Below, in pieces: positions 59,646 through 64,000 of a stretch of 64,000 bases of DNA. The DNA is from the human T2T-CHM13v2.0 reference genome, Homo sapiens. The translations under genes were made by a program, and so were the position numbers. The DNA lies in the NCBI RefSeq assembly GCF_009914755.1, contig NC_060938.1; one strand, 5' to 3'. Below the pieces are notes generated by a model that was not told where the DNA came from, did not search any database, and saw only the letters and a list, made by a program, of their open reading frames with translations. Each line of letters opens with the position of its first letter. Position 1 is the stretch's first letter.

Positions 59646-60689
59646 TCCTTTCTGCAGAGGAGTCTTGCAGTCTTTGGTAGTCTTTATTTGCTCAAAAAAA
59701 AAAAAAAAAAAAAAAAGCATTCCCATTGGTAAGAGGTTTCAATGCAGAACTGCAAGAGAATAAAATATTGTCATAGTGCCATGTTAAGTGCCTGGGATGC
59801 ATAAAACTCCACAGAAGTTTCTGCAGCCGCAAGGATGCCATTGAGGTCTTCTCCCATCACTGCCCTTGGACACTAGTAATGGTCTCTGAGGTTCAGAGGC
59901 TAGGTCCAGATCAGAAAGAATATGTTTGTGTCATGAAAAAGAACACAAAGGAAACACTCAGAAAAAGGCTGGGGCTCTAGAGGGATTCCCCAGAGGAGAA
60001 GATGAAAGAAATGAACTAGACAAAAACAAAAGAAAGTGAGGTTAAGGACAGGGATATGTTGTTCAGTAGTGATGACACATCATGGTGATGAGAGAGGGAG
60101 ATGAAAGGTAAGTGCATCTCCAACACCAGACTTAGAGAGGTGGTAAAGCTGCTACAAAATCCCCTTCATAAGTGAGGTGGGGTGGGGGATGATTTATTCA
60201 TTCATTCATTGATTACAGAATTTTCTTTTTGAAAGCCAGTTATGCAGGCAACCTCAGAGACATTACAGGTTTAATTCAAGATCACAACAATGATCAGAAC
60301 AAAGAGAGTTGCACAAATTTTTTTTGTTTCCCAGTGCATGTAAAAGGTATGTGTGCACTGTACTGTAGTCTATTAAGTGCAAAATACCATTATGTCTTTT
60401 TAAAAGTACATATCTTAATTAAAAATACTTCATTGCTAAAAAATGTTAACAATCACCTGAGCCTTCAGCAAGTTGTAATCTTTTTCACTGGTGGAGGGTC
60501 TTGACTCAATGTTTATGGCTGCTGACTGATCACAGGGGTGGCTGCTGAAGGCTGGGGTAGTAGTGGCAATTTCAGAAAATAAGACAACAATAAAGTTTGC
60601 CACATCAATTGACTCGCCTCATGAAAGATTTCTCTGTAGTATACAATGCTGTTTGATAGCATTTGCTTTGCAAAACAAAAATGTATTGA

Positions 60690-60810
60690 ATTTATATTAT
60701 ATGTATTATATATGTATATATTATATATGTGTATTATGTATAATATATGTGGATATATTATATATATGTGTGTATACATATATATGTATATATATGCATG
60801 AGGTTTGGAC

Positions 60811-60850
<40 letters not shown>

Positions 60851-60857
60851 ATATACC
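60690..60857. repeat. (TA)n/(TG)n microsatellite
   Basis: Read directly. Confidence 0.9.
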
Positions 60858-61619
60858 TAGAGAAGAGAGAAAGTGAGATATTTTAATGACAGGAAAACTT
60901 TTTTCAAAATTGAATTCAATCCTCTCAAACTGTGTCACTGCTTTACCAACTAAGTTAATGTACTATTCTAAATCCTTTGTTGTCATCTCAACAGTGTTGA
61001 TAGCATCTATACCAGGAGTTGATTCCATCTCAAGAACCACTTTCTTTGCTCCTCCATAAAAAGCAACTTCTCATCCATTCAAGTTTGATCATGAGGTTAC
61101 AACAATTCAGTCACATCTTCAGGCTTCATTTCGAATTCTAGTTCTCTTGCTATTTCCACCATATGTGCAGTTACTTTCTCCACTGAAGTCTTGAACTCCT
61201 CAAAATCATCCATGAGGGTTAGACTCAACTTCTTCCAAACTCCTGTTAATATTGATATTTTGACCTCTTCCCATAAATCATGAATGTTCTTAATGGCACC
61301 TAGAATGGTGAATCCTTTCCAGAAGGCTTTCAACTGATGTTGCCCAGATCTGTCAGAGGAATCACTATCTGTGGCAACTATAGCTTTATGAAATTTATTT
61401 CTCAAAGAATAAAACTTGAAATTTGAAATTACTCCTTGATTTATGGGCCGAAAATGGAAGTTGCACTCACAAGCATGAAAACAGCATTAATCTCCCTGTA
61501 CATCTCCATCGGAGCTCTTGGATGATAAGGTGCATTGTCAATGAGTAGTAATATTTTGAAAGAAATCTTTTTTCCTGAGCAGTAGGTCTCAATAGTGGGC
61601 TTAAAATCTTCAGTAAACT

Positions 61620-61947
<328 letters not shown>

Positions 61948-63011
61948 TCATCCAGGCTTTCACTGGCAGAGCAGATTTAGCATGATTCTTAAGGGCACTA
62001 AGATTTTTTGAATGGTAAATGAGCATTGGCTTCAACTTAAGTCACCAGCTGCATTAGCCCCTAACAAGACAGTCAGCCTATCTTTTGAAGCTTTGAAGCC
62101 AGGCATTGACTTCTCCTCTCTAGCTGTGAAAGTCCTAGGTGGTAAGGCTATTTCATCTACATTGAAAATCTGTTGTTTAGTGTAGCTACCTTCATCAATA
62201 ATTTTAGCTAGATCTTCTGGGTAACTTGCTGCAGCTTCTCCATCAGCACTTGCTGCTTCACCTTATACTTTTTTGTTAGGAAGATGGTTTCTTCCCTTAA
62301 GCCTCATGAACCAACCTCTGTTAGCTTTCAACTTTTCTCTGCAGCTCCCTCATCTCTCTCAGGCTTCCCAGAATTAAAGAGAATTAGGGCTTTGCTCTGT
62401 AACAGGCTTTGGCTTAAATAAATTTTGTGGTTGGTTTGATCTTCTATCTGGACCACTAAAACCTTTCCATATCAGCCATAATGATGTTTTATTGTGTTCA
62501 CTGGAGTAGCAATTTTAATTTCCTTTAAGAACTTTTCCTTTGCATTTGCAACTTGCTAACTCTTTGAAACAAGAGGCCTAGAATCTCAGGTTTTAACATG
62601 CCTTCCTCACTTGGCTTCATCATTTCTAGCTTTTAACTTAAAGTGAGAGATGTGCAGCTCATCATTTCACTTGAACACTTAGGCCATTGTAGAGTTACTA
62701 TATGGCCTAATTTCAATATTGTTGTGTGTCAGGAAATAGGGATGCCCAAAGAGAGGGACAGAGATGGGAAAATGGCTGCTCAGTGGAGCAGTCAGAACAC
62801 ATACAAAAATTTATCAATTGGGTTTGCCATCTTACATATATGCAATTTGTGGCACCCCAAAATAATTACAATAGTAACATCAAAGATCACTGATCACAAA
62901 TCACTATAACAGATAAAATAATAATGAAAAAGTTTGGAATATTGCAAGCATTACCAAAATGTGACACAAAGACACAAATATGAGCACAGGCTGCTGAAAA
63001 AATGATGCAAC

Positions 63012-63310
63012 GGCCATGCACAGTGGCTCATGCCTATAATCCCAGCATTTTGGGAGGCTGAGGCAGGAGGATTGCTTGAGCCCTGGAGCTTGAGACTAGC
63101 TTAGGCAACACAGTGAGAACTTGTCTCTACAAAAAATAAAAATAAAAAAGTTAGCCAGGTGTGGTGGTGCACAACTGTAGTCTCAGCTGCTCAGGAGGCT
63201 GAGGTGGGAGGATCACTTAAGCCCAGGAGGTTGAGGCTGCAGTGAGCTATGATAGTGTCACTGTGCTCCAGAACTGGGTGACCGAGTGAGACCCTGTGTC
63301 AAAAAAAAAA
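63012..63310 (+). mobile_element. AluJ
   Basis: ggaggattgcttgagccc..ggttgaggctgcagtgagctatgat; TSD aaaaaatgatgc. Confidence 0.92.
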
Positions 63311-63652
63311 TGATGCCAATAGACTTGCTTAATGCATGGTTGCCAGAAAGCTTTAATTTGTAAAAAACATAAACCTACAAAACGTGATAAAATGAAGTGT
63401 GACAAAACAAAGTATGTCTGTATATGGCAGTGTTCTAGTTGCCCAGATACATAAGTAAATAAGAGAAAATTCCCACTGCATCATGCTTCTAGTATAATGG
63501 AGGAGAGGGATAATAAACAAGTAAAGTAGGGTATATTTTTATAAAACTTCAGATAAAAATCAGTGATATGAAGAAAACTCAAGCTGGGTATTAGAGAGTG
63601 ACTGCGGTGGGATATGTTTTGGTGGCAATTTAGATTGAATTTTAGGGAAGCT

Positions 63653-64000
63653 ACTATGTACTATGTGGCCCCCAAATTCATATGTTGAAGCCTTAATCTG
63701 CAATGTGATGGTATTTGGAGGTATGGCCTTTAGGGGGTGATGAGGTTTAAAGGAAAACATGCAGGCAGAGCCTCCATGATGGCATTAGTGCCCTTGTAAG
63801 GGGATGAAGAGGCTGAGCAATTTCTCTCTCTTCTCCCCATTTGAGGATACAGCAAGAAGGCATTCCACAGAAAACCAGGAAGACGGCCCTCACCAGAACC
63901 TGAATAGGCCAGCACCTTGATCTTAGACTTCCCAACCTTCAGAATTGTGAGGAAGAAGTATCTGTTGTTAAGCCACCCAGCCTATGGTAGTTTTGTTATA
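63653..64000 (+). mobile_element. MLT1A-like MaLR LTR, running off the window end
   Basis: ccccaaattcatatgttgaagccttaat..gtgatggtatttggagg..aagccacccagcctatggtagttttgttata. Confidence 0.85.

Noticed and set aside
61097-61405. TIGD1-like ORF
   Set aside because: Short remnant of a decayed Tigger1 transposase, not a domesticated gene.

Overview
Human (primate) genomic DNA containing the 5' end of SLC8A3 (NCX3, Na+/Ca2+ exchanger 3) on the minus strand. The CpG-island promoter and non-coding exon 1 lie at about 39.9-40.6 kb. A ~19.9-kb intron 1 follows, then the 1846-nt exon 2 (18158-20003, codons 1-595) and the first ~18 kb of intron 2. The rest is intronic or upstream sequence rich in repeats: Alu, MIR, L2, L1, MaLR/ERV LTRs, and Tigger1 and other MER DNA transposons. 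Upstream of the promoter are a ~6.1-kb L1PA element with a young L1PA2-type 3' fragment nested inside it and a near full-length Tigger1. Main hunt results: (1) a back-spliced exon-2 circle would encode a 660-aa NCX3 with a new 65-aa C-terminus; (2) an alternative exon-1 donor would extend a 6-codon uORF into that same 65-aa frame, overlapping the NCX3 start; (3) an intronic 69-nt hairpin is fully paired only on the pre-mRNA strand; (4) three non-tandem local duplications (two ~147 bp, one 48 bp) lie 1.1-1.5 kb from their donors. Repeat subfamily names come from recalled consensus sequences and should be confirmed with RepeatMasker/Dfam.
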